Source: Trichosphaerium sp. ATCC 40318 (taxonomy: Eukaryota; Protista; Tubulinea). From it: a stretch of DNA of 64,000 bases. The DNA is taken from NCBI GenBank assembly GCA_038496445.1, contig JALMLS010000270.1:1-64000 (forward strand). Direction: 5' to 3'. A program made the position numbers and the translations under genes. The notes beneath the pieces are model-generated. The model was given only the letters and a program-made list of their open reading frames with translations. It was not told the origin of the DNA and searched no databases. Below are positions 13,169-26,277 of this stretch, in pieces (position 1 is the first letter of the stretch; every line of letters starts with the position of its first letter).

Positions 13169-14267
13169 CTATTGCTTTTGTATTTGGTTTTCATTTGGAA
13201 TGTTGTTCTCAATATAGATGGTAGTACGCTCAGTACTACTGTAACGGTAATGCTTGAACATGGTACCATCTCTGTGCCATTGCACGTCATCTCCTTTTTT
13301 CTTTCCTTCTTTGAAATACGTGTATGATTTCAAGTTACCGTTTCTGAACCATTTCTGACATTTGCCAACAAGCTTGCCGCCCTTATAAAAGCTTGAAAGC
13401 TCATTCGACCATCTTTATACCATTTGGTACATTTTCCCTTTTGTACGCCATCCGTGTATTTTGCTTGAAAACTCAGTTGACCGTTGCTATACCATTTCTT
13501 AGACTCTCCGTCAAGTACACCATTGCTATAGCAAGAAGCCTCTTTTAAGACTCCATTTTTATGGTAGACTTTGCGCTTGTTAGATTCAATGCCATTGAAG
13601 TACCAACTGCGGACATGGAGGTTACCATTGTCATGCCATTGGTTTCTCTCTCCCATAGGCCAACCATTAACGCTATAACCATGTTCTGCCCTTTGGCCAT
13701 TGTCATGCCATATCATGTACTCAATTCTTTGTCCATCCTCACTATCTGTGATTACATTATGTATCCAATTTTGACCGTTTTTGTGAAATGCAATACTCTC
13801 AATAATTCTACCATTTGTTCCACGTCCCTCTCCTTAACACTACCACTTTCATAGTACATGTCGTACGTCCCATCAAATACACCACTGGTATACCAAGCTT
13901 GCTTTTCAAGCTTCTGATTGTCATGGAACCATTGGCATAGCCCCTCTCGCATATCGTTTTGATAGCTAGATAGTTCCTTCAATCTAAGACTGCTGTCGTA
14001 CTTTCCCCATTTACCCTTTTTTTCTATTCTGTGGTTGTATCTAGTACTTATTGCCGTTGATCTATTAAGCACTGGCCACTTGTGATAGAGCTCAGCAGAG
14101 TGTTTATCATGATTGATTATTTTGCCAAGTACTTCCAACGGCAACTGAAGCAAACGGGTCGGAGGCCTAGTTGATTGAGTATCAGAGCGCTTTGTCTGTT
14201 GTGTTTTGTTAGATTCGATTGATTTGTATATTTTTTGAAGCTGTACCTTTTTATTGTGAGGATCCAT
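13169..14267 (-). pseudogene. F-box-like + MORN-variant repeat protein, mirror copy with the same two frameshifts
   Basis: Reverse complement of 5007-6105. Confidence 0.75.
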
Positions 14268-15165
14268 AACTATGTGGTAGTGTTATCTACTCTGTCAAGT
14301 GCTGTTCTTGTTGCCTGTGTTGTAGTAGATGAAAAATAAAGTGAACTGAGTTCAAGCCAGTTCTTTACACTGAAAAAGCCTCGGAGTATTACAAACTTTT
14401 GTAGTAACTAATCGATCAGATGATGAATAGGGCTCACGATTTAAGAGAATCAAGTCAGTCATAGGGCTTCTTTGTTGTGAGAATATATGCGATAAAGTGA
14501 TACTCTTTAGCCCAGGATGTATTCTTAAAAAGGTAATTCTTGTTGTATGCTGGCTTTTACAGGTTTATGCGACGGTTTTACATTTCAATCAAAAACAGAA
14601 TTGCGTTCCTGTGCACTACCTAAAACGTTTGAAATGTTGTGAGGTTCCACCTCACTCGTAGCAAATATATTGAGTTGCTGAGTTTATTAGCTGCCGGCTT
14701 ATTGCTTCTCCAGCCGTCATATTGGCTTGCACTTGCTCTAAACGCTATTGTAATGTCACACGCTTGTTAATGCGCAAGCATGAAAAATGAAAGGAAAAAC
14801 ATGCTTTATGATTAGAACAAGCTGGCTTTGCACTTTCTTGTGCTGTGCCATAGATAGTGTGTTTACCTTGATTTATTAAATCTACAAATGGCAACAATTT
14901 CTTAATTTGCTTAAAAAGGCAGTTGGTTTTGTAAGGTAGAACGTGGCGCCAACCAACAATGTAGATGGCGGTAATAAGTTGATAGAGTGATAGCATTAAG
15001 TATTAACTACCAAGAAACTTCAGCAGATGAAGGTATCAAAAGTCGTCATCAAGAGCAAGAAACATTTTCAGAAAATTCAGCGTTTTTGGATAAGTAAGGA
15101 ATTTTTTTTATTTTTTGTCTTGTACTGTATTAAACGCGAATTGTATGGTGATTTATGAGTAACGT

Positions 15166-17129
15166 TTACTTCTTTGTTCGTATCAAGCGTCGACCTTTGT
15201 AAAAAGAAATAAGAGAAAAGAGATAAACATCCGTTTTACAAAGAAAGCAATACGTACCACCTCTGGCTCTACGGTTTGGTCCTTTTGGTTTGGCAAAATT
15301 CTTCTTTTTTTCACGGAGTGGTGGATGTATCAACTCGTTGATAGACTCTTCGCTCACTTCATCAGCGCGGTTGACTTCCAACTAAGAAATAAATGAAAAG
15401 GCATTCACTAGCGAGAAAATAAAGAAAAGTCAAACAAAAAACTAGTTATGGAAGCGGACATTACTGTGAATCCACCAAAATAAAGAAAAACGAGTTGGGT
15501 ACCTTTCCAGCAATGACAAGACCAGATTCTTTTGCAATACCTTCACAGTTTGATTTACTGGAAGAATACAACATTCTCAATCTTACAGGAGCAGCTTTGG
15601 TTCCTCCAGAACCATCAGGGCATGAGTAGATGAATACTAAGCATATTAGAAACAAAAAAAAAAGAATATTGAAAACAAATAGAGTTTGCATTGTTACTGG
15701 TTCTCTATCGTACCACAAGAAGTCAAAGCATCGCCATTGTATGTATGATCCCAGTTGAACAAATGGAAGAGTGGTTCTGTTCCAGAAACTTTTCCAGCTA
15801 TATCGCCAATGCCAATACTACAGCTGTCGCCCAAAACTAATTTTTCACCTTCAGCATCAATTTTCTAAAAACGCACATGTCAACGTTAAAAATCGTAACA
15901 TGGTCCACAGGTTAAATGGTATTAAAGAAAATCAACTTACAATCTGAACGTAAGTTACTGAATGAGCCTTCAACTTGTTTAAGGCATCATGGACTGCCTG
16001 AGCAACGAGTTAACAAAATATATAAAAAAAACCATTGCTTAAATGCTCTTGTGCTTACTTGGTCTACAGGGAATGCAATACCATGAACATAAGTGCTAGC
16101 ACCTCCAACATAGATACCACCTTCTTCCTAAATTATTTTCAGTTCCACACCATAGAGATTAATCGCTCAATAAGAAAAAGAACAAAAAAGAAAAAAAGTA
16201 ATAACTTCTTTTCGCTTTCTGGACTATTTGTTACCTCTTCTTCTTTCATCATTTCTTCTTCAGTGAGTGGTACATCTGCGAGTTGCATTTTCATCCATTT
16301 TGCGTATCCATCAGCGGTGAAATCGTCCTTTGAAAAAAAGTCATTCAATAATTCCAATGTGTACGTTGTAAGAGGTTTTTTTGTTGGACTTTTCGCGTTA
16401 CCTTGACAGTGCCAAAGATTTCGTATTTGAAGTTTCCAGCGCCTAGTTGACGCTTCAAATTTGCGCGAGTGGAGGCGTAAATCATCTTTTGACGAACCTA
16501 CAGCGGTACGTTACGCACAGACAAATTAAAAAAAAGAGCGTATTGGTGACCGCAGTAAAAGCGTCAAACACCACGTAAATACGTTTACCGCCCTACATAT
16601 ACTACGCAAAAATTATTTAGAGCTAAATTACGTACTCTGGCTCTATCTGGTACATAGACAAAGAATATAAAGTGTGGTTTTCCGTTAGGACTAGGCTCAT
16701 CGAGGCGGTACAGGAAATAGCTCGCTTGTCTTTCTTCAAGCAATTCTGTGATGTACTGCAAGTGTTTGAGTGTTAAGGCTGAATACCATCAACAACAGTA
16801 ACGCTGCTGGTAATAGTAGAAGTGAAATTAATGGTTTAGAACACTAAAAAAAGGATATCATCATCAAACGACCCAACGATGTCTTTTTTGCTTATGACTA
16901 CCAATTCTGCGGCTATTGGAGCGATTACAATTTAACGGAGGAGTCAATTAGCGAAAATTCAAAACACCGTACATTCTTCAGACTCAGTGATTTGAACTTG
17001 AAAGAAGCGAGTAGAATCGCCTTGCAGGGCGGCACCAAAGGCGTCAGAAAGTGATTTTGAGACTGGGCTTCAATGTTACATTCAAGTCCGTATTGTATGC
17101 GTACCGTTAATTCCGCTGGAGTGACTCAT
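15166..17129 (-). CDS. TWF1: Twinfilin, mirror copy
   Basis: Reverse complement of 2145-4108. Confidence 0.93.
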
Positions 17130-17358
17130 TGTTACACAGGTCTATAGCGGTTTTAGTAAGTCAGAGATTTTGGTGGCTAAGTCGTCAACCGAAACAATTT
17201 TGCGTAGGTTTTAGCATAATAATAGCGTACAGGGTTAAGCCTCGCTAATTACCAGCTGATTCATACTTTTAGGCGCGAATTCAACTGTCACTGATTTGCG
17301 CGCCACTCTATTTCAGCTGCATCAACGCGTATTAAGGCTTTGTTGTGACATTGCCAAC

Positions 17359-20300
17359 ATGTCTAAAAAATCGAATGTAAATCACGCCTATGGCATAGAA
17401 ACCAACCTCACACCGCATAAAGTCGCAGTGCTAGTACTTGTCGATTGTTACATCCAAGTTGAAACACTTGAGCTTCAATCGAAGCAAGGATTGGCTCTGT
17501 TCCTTCTAAACACTATCAAAGTGCGTCACGCTACATTAATTATGCGTTATCACTAGATGTTTATGTGTTGCAGGATAAAGGAAGCTACTTCGAGCCTACC
17601 TACAATGAGTTACTCAAGATGCTAGTAGAGTTGAGCCATGAGGATGATGACATTGCAGACTATCTTTCCAAAGAGGTCAGTACTCTGGCGTTACCATTGC
17701 TTCTATGTTTGCGAGCGTTGTTTGAACAAAATACTAACAAGAGGTAGATAGAAGCGATGGAATCTCCAGATCATCTTTTTGACTTTTTCAGAGAGATGAA
17801 GGAACTAGTAACCGAAGATGAAAACGTGCAGCATGCGCTCGTACGTAATGGCTTTAACTACAAGCAGAAAAGAATGGCGTTTCTCAGCCACGTTTTCTCT
17901 AATCGAAGCTTTTTTTAAAACTTGAGTCATATTTATTTGCGTAGGCACGTGATAGTCCGTTTGGATTATTTGTAAGGCGCATGACCGCTGCATACTCTTG
18001 TGCTTCTTTTGATAGACTCATGAGACTTTGGGAAGACATGGAACAGTATAAGGATGTAAGTAATGGTAGCTTTAAAGGAGAAGTGTCATATCACAATGTT
18101 GACAGCTACCTCGATGCACAAACAGAAAAGCTTTGTAGTACGTACTATATTTTTTGGGTTGTCTATGATGCATACTGACAGTATCCATTAAACTCGTAAA
18201 CGTTGTTTGTTCTGTTCTGTGTTCTCCTTAATTAGCATATCTTGTTATTTTTAAGATTTACAGCATCGGTTTGTGTTGTATATTTACGTGTACTAATGTG
18301 TATCTTAGATGCTTTTGGTAAAGTTGAAAAAGAAGAACTTGATGATGAGATTGAAAAAATAAAAGAGAATGTATCAAATTCTGCTGGTGTTCATTATTTA
18401 AGGTAATATTTTATTAAGTTTTTTTAGTCTTGGTCTTCGCTCTTTACTCTTTTCTTCTTTTGACTCTAACTGTTTATTTTCAGCTATTTGAAATGTATTA
18501 ATCATGGTGAATATCAAGACGCCTTGGATAATTTACATCGATATTTTGACTATGCTCTAAAAGTAATGCTGAAAAAAGACAAGTGTTACATTTCTCATTT
18601 TTTTCTTACAATAGATTCGAAGTGAATCAACCGCACTTTATGCATCCATAGAGGAACAGGAAGACAAAAATGGTGCGTAATATTTAAATAGCTTGAGACT
18701 TATAAATTATCAAAAGCGCCTCCTCATCCTGGGCCTCCTAGCTTGCTACCTTATGCAACATTGAATCTTGCTGCATTGTACTATAAATTTTCTCATTTTG
18801 AACTTTCTCGACGTGTATGTACCTCTAAATACCGTGTCAATTGTTTAATGAAATATAGCTTGTGCACGAAACTGTACGCATTGCTCAAGAACGTAATGAT
18901 GAAGTGTGCTTAACACAAGCATTGGATTGGTTACGAAAACTTGCACATAAAGGTAAGACATAACCTTCTTTGAAATAGAGCTTATTCTGTATCTGTTCAG
19001 ATGGCGACATTCATTTGGAAGAAGTATTATTGAGACAGTGTATGCACAAAGCAAAACAGCATGGACTAGAGTAAGCTAAAGCATTGAGTTTAACAATGTT
19101 TGTTCTAACATTAAACTTACAGTGATCTGGTTGCACAGAACACAATAGCACTGGCAGAGCATCATTTAACACATCCGCGATATGCCAACAATGTTGGACC
19201 CTTAGAGAATCCGCGTACTGTAAGTTTTGAGAAGTAATATGTCTGTTACTACCAATTTATTTCATCTTTTGTGGTTGTTGAAAAACGTTACTTACTTTTG
19301 TTTAGGAAGAGTCTATGACGCTAAGATTTTGGCAATTGGGATTGCAAGGAAACAAGGTTGCATTCAATATTAAAGAAGGAAGCAGTATATTGGCCACAGC
19401 AAATATTTTGAGAGCACAAGGTAACCAGTTTTTTTTCTCATTGAAAAAAGTTTGACTTTATGTTAGCTTGGCAATTTTATGGTAACCGTGATATGGCCTT
19501 TACGTATGCTGAATTACAGATAAAAATGGCTCAATCAAAAGATCGTGTTGCAGCAGCAACAGCAGCCATATTTTTGGCTCAGGAGGTAAAGAAGAAATGC
19601 CGTGTTTACATTTTCGGTTTTTACATTTGTTTTATTAACTTTCAATTTAAAAGCATGCAACTATGGGTATGTATGGTGAGGCTATATCAATATTAGTACA
19701 AGTTAAGAAAGGTTACTGGGTACCAAAAACAAACGACACTTGGGAGCAATCAACGTGTCAGGTTTTGCTTCAGTTCTACCTTTATCAGTACGCAAAAAAA
19801 TACCAACATTTTTTAACCCAATCTATTTTTAGAGGCGATTTCTTACGTGCTAGACATATTTCAGAGCAGCTTTTGATTATGACACCTAAGGATGGAGATA
19901 ACCTCGCTGCTTATGTTAATGCAGAACATTGGTATATTACTACTTTGATACATTGTGGAAAGCGATCAGAAGTAAGCCTTTGCACTGACTTGTATTTTTT
20001 TTATTTTCTAACAATTTTCGTAGGCTTTCAAACGTGGTACTGATTTAATATCCTTGTGTAAAGAAAGAGGTCTAGAGATACATTCTATTGGATGTACAGT
20101 GACACTGGCTCAAATTCTTGTACGAATCTTTTTATTTCTTTTTTACCAATCTTATAATTTTCTTAAAATTGACATATTCTCTTCTAGCTTGAAGATAATG
20201 CACCAAATGCGCTTTCATATATTCTAGACTGTATTGCTATGTGTCAGACATATAAATTAACTTCTTTGGAGGCCGTAGCAAAGGTACAAACAAATTTCCT

Positions 20301-20837
20301 GATTGTTCTTTTTAACTAGTATAGGTTGCTCTTGCTGATTTTCAACTACGTCAATTTGGAGATCATGTAAAGGCTAGAGCACTTGTTGAAGAAGTGTTGC
20401 CTACTATTTTACATTTTTGCACTCTCAGTGAGCGTGCTCAAGCGCTTTTTGTGTTAGCAATATGCGCATTAACTGCTTATCAAGACAGTAAAGGTGCGTT
20501 GCATATTTGTTCATATTTCCTTCGAATTTATCATGCTTATCTTCTTTTAGATGACTCTCGGATAGCTGAAGCTCTATCTCATCTGGATAAATCTACAGAA
20601 AGTTATACAAAACTACTATGGATGGACAAGGTTATTGAAATTCATAGCCTCAAAGCAAAAATTTTGGATCTGAAGGGACAGACTTCTCAAAGAGATGCAT
20701 GCGCTTCAAAGTGTAAGCGTCTGATCTTAGTAAAGCAAGAGAGAATACAAAGGACGCATCTGGGTATAGATAACATAGATATAAATCTTCTATCAAATGC
20801 GTTACAGGATGTTGCAAACGTGGTAAAGGTGCTCTAA
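17359..20837 (+). CDS. ANAPC5: Anaphase-promoting complex subunit 5, full length, about 19 exons
   Basis: N-terminal LTPHKVAVLVL, AxDNLHRYFDY, and ALNLAAL...FGRSIIETVYAQSKQHGL segments with TPR-like helices, as in APC5. Confidence 0.85.
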
Positions 20838-21161
20838 GTAATACGAAAAAAAAAAACTCTACACAGCTGTAAATAAACGAAATCGAAGTGCACTAATCTC
20901 TTTTTTGTTCAGATTTTTCGTTGTGTTGATTGAATTGGAATATACTATGGTATTATCTGTCGTTATTCTACGCGTTTCATATCATTCAAACACGATGGGA
21001 TCGCCTACAAACAAAGATAAAAAAACTGCACAGATTTTTTTTGGTTTTTCTAAGATAAGTTTTTCTCGTTCAATCATGTTTTTCACGTGATTCTAAACAG
21101 CCACGTCATTTTCTTCCGACCTCTCCTATCAAATGCCTTGTGTTTTGGTCAAATCCACATT

Positions 21162-21211
21162 CCAGGGTTGCCCTGGCTACCAGGGTTGCCCTGGCTACCA
21201 GGGTTACCCTG
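21162..21211. promoter_or_regulatory. Three tandem dyads CCAGGG-TTR-CCCTG(G), 18-bp period, just upstream of the metallothionein-like ATG
   Basis: CCAGGGTTGCCCTGG-CTA-CCAGGGTTGCCCTGG-CTA-CCAGGGTTACCCTG, a GC-rich patch ending 42 nt before the ATG. The regulatory role is inferred. Confidence 0.55.
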
Positions 21212-21253
21212 ATTTTTCTTAAATTTCTAACCGATCAAACAACAAACAAAACT

Positions 21254-21678
21254 ATGTCCTCTGGAGCCTCTACAACTGTCGAGATTAAAGACGATAAGAA
21301 GTGCGGATGCAAAGACTCTTGCGAATGCACGTTCGAGATGGATTGCGAGAATTGCAAGGCTTGCAAAGACAGTACGTTGTAACCTTAGAGTTAACTTTAT
21401 CTGGCCTGTTCAAAATCATTGTTTTATTTTGAGACTACTTTGTTTCGCAGTCGGAGGCTACATCGGCGTTGCCGTTTTTTCTTGGATCTGTTACTAACCT
21501 TTTTCTAGAGAACATGGATTGTTGTAATCAGGCTGATAAGTCAAAATGTAAATGTGACTGTTGTAAGAAGGTATGTGAAGCGAAAAATCTTGATTTTCTA
21601 TTACTTGCGCTGTTTCTAATTTATTTGTAGTGCGCATGCGAAAAATGCAAAGACAAGACGGACTGTGGATGTAATTGA
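21254..21678 (+). CDS. Metallothionein-like Cys-rich protein (75 aa, 18 Cys); exons 21254-21371, 21509-21570, 21631-21678
   Basis: Spliced: MSSGASTTVEIKDDKKCGCKDSCECTFEMDCENCKACKDKNMDCCNQADKSKCKCDCCKKCACEKCKDKTDCGCN*. CxC/CC/CxxC clusters; GT-AG introns with CTAAY branch sites. Confidence 0.8.
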
Positions 21679-21945
21679 GTCTCTCCAGTGAATATAATGG
21701 AGTCACAGCTTGTGAATAAATCCTGTAACCATTAAACATAGTATCAAACTTGTTGTCTATCCGTTCTTCTTGTGAGTTTTATTGTCGGCAAAGCTGCTCA
21801 CTCAATACTAGTAGTACAGTATATTAACGGTTGGCAGTATGAAGCATAACTAAGTACATTAGTAGATTACTTTTAACAAAGCGTGATTGATTCCATGTTG
21901 ATGGATTGATTGATTTGCAAGTTTCCCATAAATTATCGTTAACCA

Positions 21946-22526
21946 ATGAAGCGTCCACTCTCACCATTCTTTTCTGCTGCTCCAAGTTGTAGTGTAAATG
22001 GGTTTGGCTGCCTTGGTAGACCTAAATCGCATTCTAATCGTAGTAAACAAACTAAAACAGCTTCTAAGAGCAATAAACAGCCACTTTGCGAGTTAAAAAT
22101 GGTTGTTGAAGAGCCACCTCTGTCAAAGGAAGAACACTCGTCGTATATTACTTGTACTGAAGATGAAGATACTGTAGCCTCATTAGGAGGTATGAAAAAA
22201 GTAAAGTATGTACACAAGACTAAATCCGATAGCTTCAATACTACAAAGTCAGTTGGATGTAATCAACCTCCTACTTCATATGCATGGAGAATCTAATGCA
22301 ACATTGCAGCTCTTTGCAAGCCAACTCAGAAGCCAGTTTATTGGAAGAGGAACCGTCGATACTTCAAATGCTGAAAACATAAAACAGTTTTTGGTACGAA
22401 TTGGTTTATCATGGTTTTACTGTACTAACGCTCAATCAATAGAAAGTGCACCATAAAAAAGTGGATCAAGTTGTTGAAGCATTTGAATTGTTCTTTCTTA
22501 TCATAGATACCATGAAAGATCAATGA
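21946..22526 (+). CDS. Small hypothetical protein, probably 3 exons
   Basis: MKRPLSPFF... joins through GT-AG sites to LFASQLRSQF... and KVHHKKVDQVVEAFELFF...*. Confidence 0.45.
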
Positions 22527-22971
22527 AGCACTCTCTATGTCGTATTTAATGTGTATCACATAAAAACATGTAAATTATTTCAGTCTTCGATAGTCGTTAC
22601 CAGCCAGAAAAACTGTTCATACCATTTTCCTTGAGAAGTTGCATTTTGAGTTAAGCTCAAGGAACCTTGCGTTGGTTTTATTACCAATCGATTTAGAAAA
22701 GTAATAGAATTTTTTTGAAAAGTGAACTTGCAACAATTCCCGTTTCTGTTAAGTTGACAATTTGCTGTTGCTTTTTAGTCTTTCTGAAAGTAGCTACTAT
22801 TTCTGTCAAGCTTGAAAATGTCTTGATGTTGGCCTTTTACAACCGGTATCCTGTTCTTTGTAGTTCTAGCTCAAGGTTGACATTGTTGTTACTTGATTAG
22901 CAACTGTTATTTCACATTACACGTCTGATGTAGGAAACAGTTTATTCATTTGCGAGATATACACCTGTGTT

Positions 22972-24785
22972 TTACAAGAATCTATGAACGATTGGACAGT
23001 TTACAATAACACCTGTCGAACCGAAATCACTTCCATCAGGACCTGTCACAAATCCACTTTGAACAAATCCAAGAATTTGGAACTCCTCTAACCATCTCAC
23101 TCTGTAGCCATTAGCAACTGCATAAGGAGTCCATTCACCAAGATTTACATCCCATAGTGGACTGTAATCCGTTGCAATAGTTGGGATTCCTAAGTGGTGT
23201 CAACGATCGTGCTTTGCTTAGTTTGCTTTTGGATTCAATATTTTTCCGTACCTCCAAGAACATTCAATGGACTGAACCCATCGAGAAGAGCTGAGTTTAA
23301 TCCTTGTCTTGCTGGGTGAACAACTTCTCCAGGTCCATCAGGAAGATTAGCAGTGTTAACATCTTGACCAGTGTATCCATTTCTAACAGCAAACAAACGC
23401 TCAACTGCTGAGAATGCACCGTCATCTCCACCAACAACAATTGTTGATAGTGCAGGACTAAACGTTGCAGTTTCCTTAGAAATACGTGAGAATTATTCAA
23501 GAGCGAACGTGGTTAATAAACAATACGTACAACAGCTGCTATTGCCATATCGCTAACATCAGTGCTGAGGTACAAGACAGGACGAGCAAATGAAAATCCT
23601 GGGACAAGCCTTAGAGTGACTAAACCAAATAGTGGGTTATCGTCATCTGGGCATATTGCAACTACATCATCGTGAACATATCTACGAGCTTCTTGAAGCT
23701 TCTCTGCTGGGATCCCTGAAATTATACGTCAAAAACGAGTTGGTGATTAAAGAGAAACAAAAAAGGTTGAGATTGTTTTCGATTCATTTTGTGCGATCGC
23801 TATTTAATCTCTTTGTGTTGTGGCTAATGTGATACGTACCATCACAATACTGTCTCAATACAGCAGCGTCTACATCACCAGCTACGACTGGAGCATTGTA
23901 AGTCTCCATACCAGCGTTTTCGATCAATACAAGAGGAGTGTAGTACTAGCGGACGGTTAGCAAACCTCGTTGGACCGGTCAATTCGTACCTTATCACCAA
24001 CAGATCCAGCTTGCGCTTCAATAGGTGGGAAAGCATTTTCGCCGCTATCCTATCGTATCAATGAGTTTTTGTTTCACAAAAGCTTGTAATTATCCAAAAT
24101 AGTTCTTTTTGCATTGATTGTTTACGTACAGGAACTACACGTCTCTCTGGTGAAAAGTCCACTTTACCCCGTTGAAAATACAGAACATTTCTAATCAATC
24201 TTGCGTTACGTACTCCAGGACCATTGGCATAACGAAGTTTAGGCGAATGGTTCAATCCTAGTTTATCACGTGAGATTTTCGACAAAAAACGTGATTACAA
24301 AACGGTATTTTGTCCTTCATGAACATACCTAAAGCTTCTGCGTTACCACCATCAGTAGAGTCTGTGAGAATATACCACTGCTTTTCTCTTTCGTATCCTG
24401 AACCTACATAACCGAGATACAGGGGTAGTTGAATAGTGCCAGTTTCTTCATTAACCACGCCTGATTTTAACAGCTGAAAAGGTCCAATGAGCTCCGGTTG
24501 AATAGCACTTGGTGGTGGCCCAAAATAAGATAAAGGAATATCAGCTCCAATAGAAGCAGGTGCAGGTCTGACATCATCACCAACTACAGATAAAAACATT
24601 AGTTAGAAAGATACAGGAGCACAGCGATGTTTGTAATGAATTCGTTTTTAACGACGATGGGTGAAGTGTTTTTAATTACCTCCTACTGCCGGTTCTTCCT
24701 GGCGTTTTGATGTCCTTCTTTTAGCACCTGTAAATGAAGAAACAAGTACAAGGGAAAATAAGAGTATGACGAGGGATGCTTTCAT
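22972..24785 (-). CDS. Secreted uncharacterised protein of bacterial-like type (GADIPLSYFGP...DYSPLWD...VNCPIV)
   Basis: Signal peptide MKASLVILLFSLVLVSS; a continuous spliced frame over about 8 exons ending IVNCPIVHRFL*. Confidence 0.8.
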
Positions 24786-25641
24786 GGTGTGAGAGGCAGT
24801 AAGTGATTCTCAAAATGGGAGATTTTGTTCTTTTGCCAAGTTGTGATTTGAATCATAACATGACGACGAAGCACGCTATAGATGATTTCCTCAATAATAC
24901 AACCTCAACAACTATGTAAAGTTATATATAAGTTGTCTCGTAAAAAAGGCCATCTACGACGGTAATGGGTAAATTAATGGTATAATTATCCGTCAAAAAT
25001 AAACTAAACGCGTCAGAAATAGCGTGAAAGAATAAACGCCATTAATATCAATTATACGAATAGCTATTTGTCGTCATGTGATTGATTTTGTCGTATTTTC
25101 TCGCTGTACGAATATGTGGTATATACACCTGTATATCACGTGATACATTTAAAACCAACAACAAAGTGATAATATTAGCATTAATGTCTGGGTTACAAAC
25201 TAATGATCTACTAACGAATTTTCTCCGCTACGTTCCGTTTCCAAATTCTATCTTGGGAAGATCATTGACGTTACGCCAATCTCAAGATGAGGTGTTATTT
25301 TCAAAAACGATTTATTTCTTTTTCAGTCTCCTCATAGCCAACATAATCAACGCAGTCTTTACAACCTGCGTCAATTAAATTGTGCTTCTTTATTATGATA
25401 CACTTGCCTACATAGGTACAAAACCGTACGCAAATAGGTATAACATACATACTCATTTGTTGTATCAATTACCAGTCTCACTTCGCTTTATGGATTGTGA
25501 GTTGATACCACATGTTATAAAGATGCTTCTCTTGATAGCCGGGAATAATACCAAAAAAAACACAAGGGTAACATAACTAAACTTTTATTACACTTTTTTT
25601 GGTCTTCGCCATCTACGTTATTCCGCTTCAGCCCATCCAGT

Positions 25642-26277
25642 TTAACTAATAAACACGGATGTACCAAGTATAATACCGACAATTACTATGTAACACACAA
25701 AACTAATTGCAAAACCGATGACAGCTCCAAGTCTCCTACAAAACAAGAGGTAAGCGGAAGGAGGAAAAAAAAAAAACTAAACAGCTGTTTTGGCGTTTTG
25801 TTCGTTATTTCAATCTACAAAAGCATTAAAAAGCGCCGCATACCCTTTCCTATTGTTCGTATAGATGCATAAAGCAATTAACAAGCCGATCAATCCCAAG
25901 AAAAACCCAAGTAGAATACCAACAACGAGATCTTGTGTCTCGCCTATTGAATAGGTTATTAAAGCGGCACATAGATGGTTACGTTTAATTAATTAAACGC
26001 ATTGAGCTTTACAAAAACCTTTCATACCTTCTTGTTTGGTTACTACAATTGTTGTAGTTGATGGTTGCACGTAAGCAGCACCATATCCACCCTTTAAAGA
26101 GTAATAAGAACAAGTGGAAAAATAGCAAGTAGAAACAGAGTATTTCCGTACTTGTGGTTGTGGTTGATAACCTCCTTGGTACTGTGGTTGGTAGTGTTGT
26201 TGTTGTTGTTGTTGTTGTTGTTGGTTATTTGGGTAGCCTCCTGTGTATTGTTGGTTGTGTTGTGCTTGGTACGTCAT
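25642..26277 (-). CDS. Small membrane protein: Q/Y/G/P-rich N-terminus and two hydrophobic segments
   Basis: MTYQAQHNQQ...polyQ (CAA repeat)...DLVVGILLGFFLGLIGLLIALCIY...GAVIGFAISFVCYIVIVGIIL. Confidence 0.75.

Larger units (their letters stand above)
11522..19270. repeat. Right arm of the inverted duplication
   Basis: 19241-19270 is the reverse complement of 1-30; the arm begins at gtttagttatttcgg (11522). Confidence 0.97.

Noticed and set aside
18181-18235. GTATCCATT and TCCTTAAT inside APC5 look like U12 signals
   Set aside because: They lie inside a normal GT-AG intron (about 18140-18308) whose ends already keep the frame.
20048-20057. ATATCCTTG as an AT-AC donor
   Set aside because: It is coding sequence (DLISLCKERG) and no downstream branch or AC is needed.
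21162-21211. CRISPR-like or telomeric repeat
   Set aside because: No unique spacers, no cas genes, only three units, eukaryotic context.
26194-26224. (TTG)n microsatellite
   Set aside because: It encodes the polyQ tract of the membrane protein.
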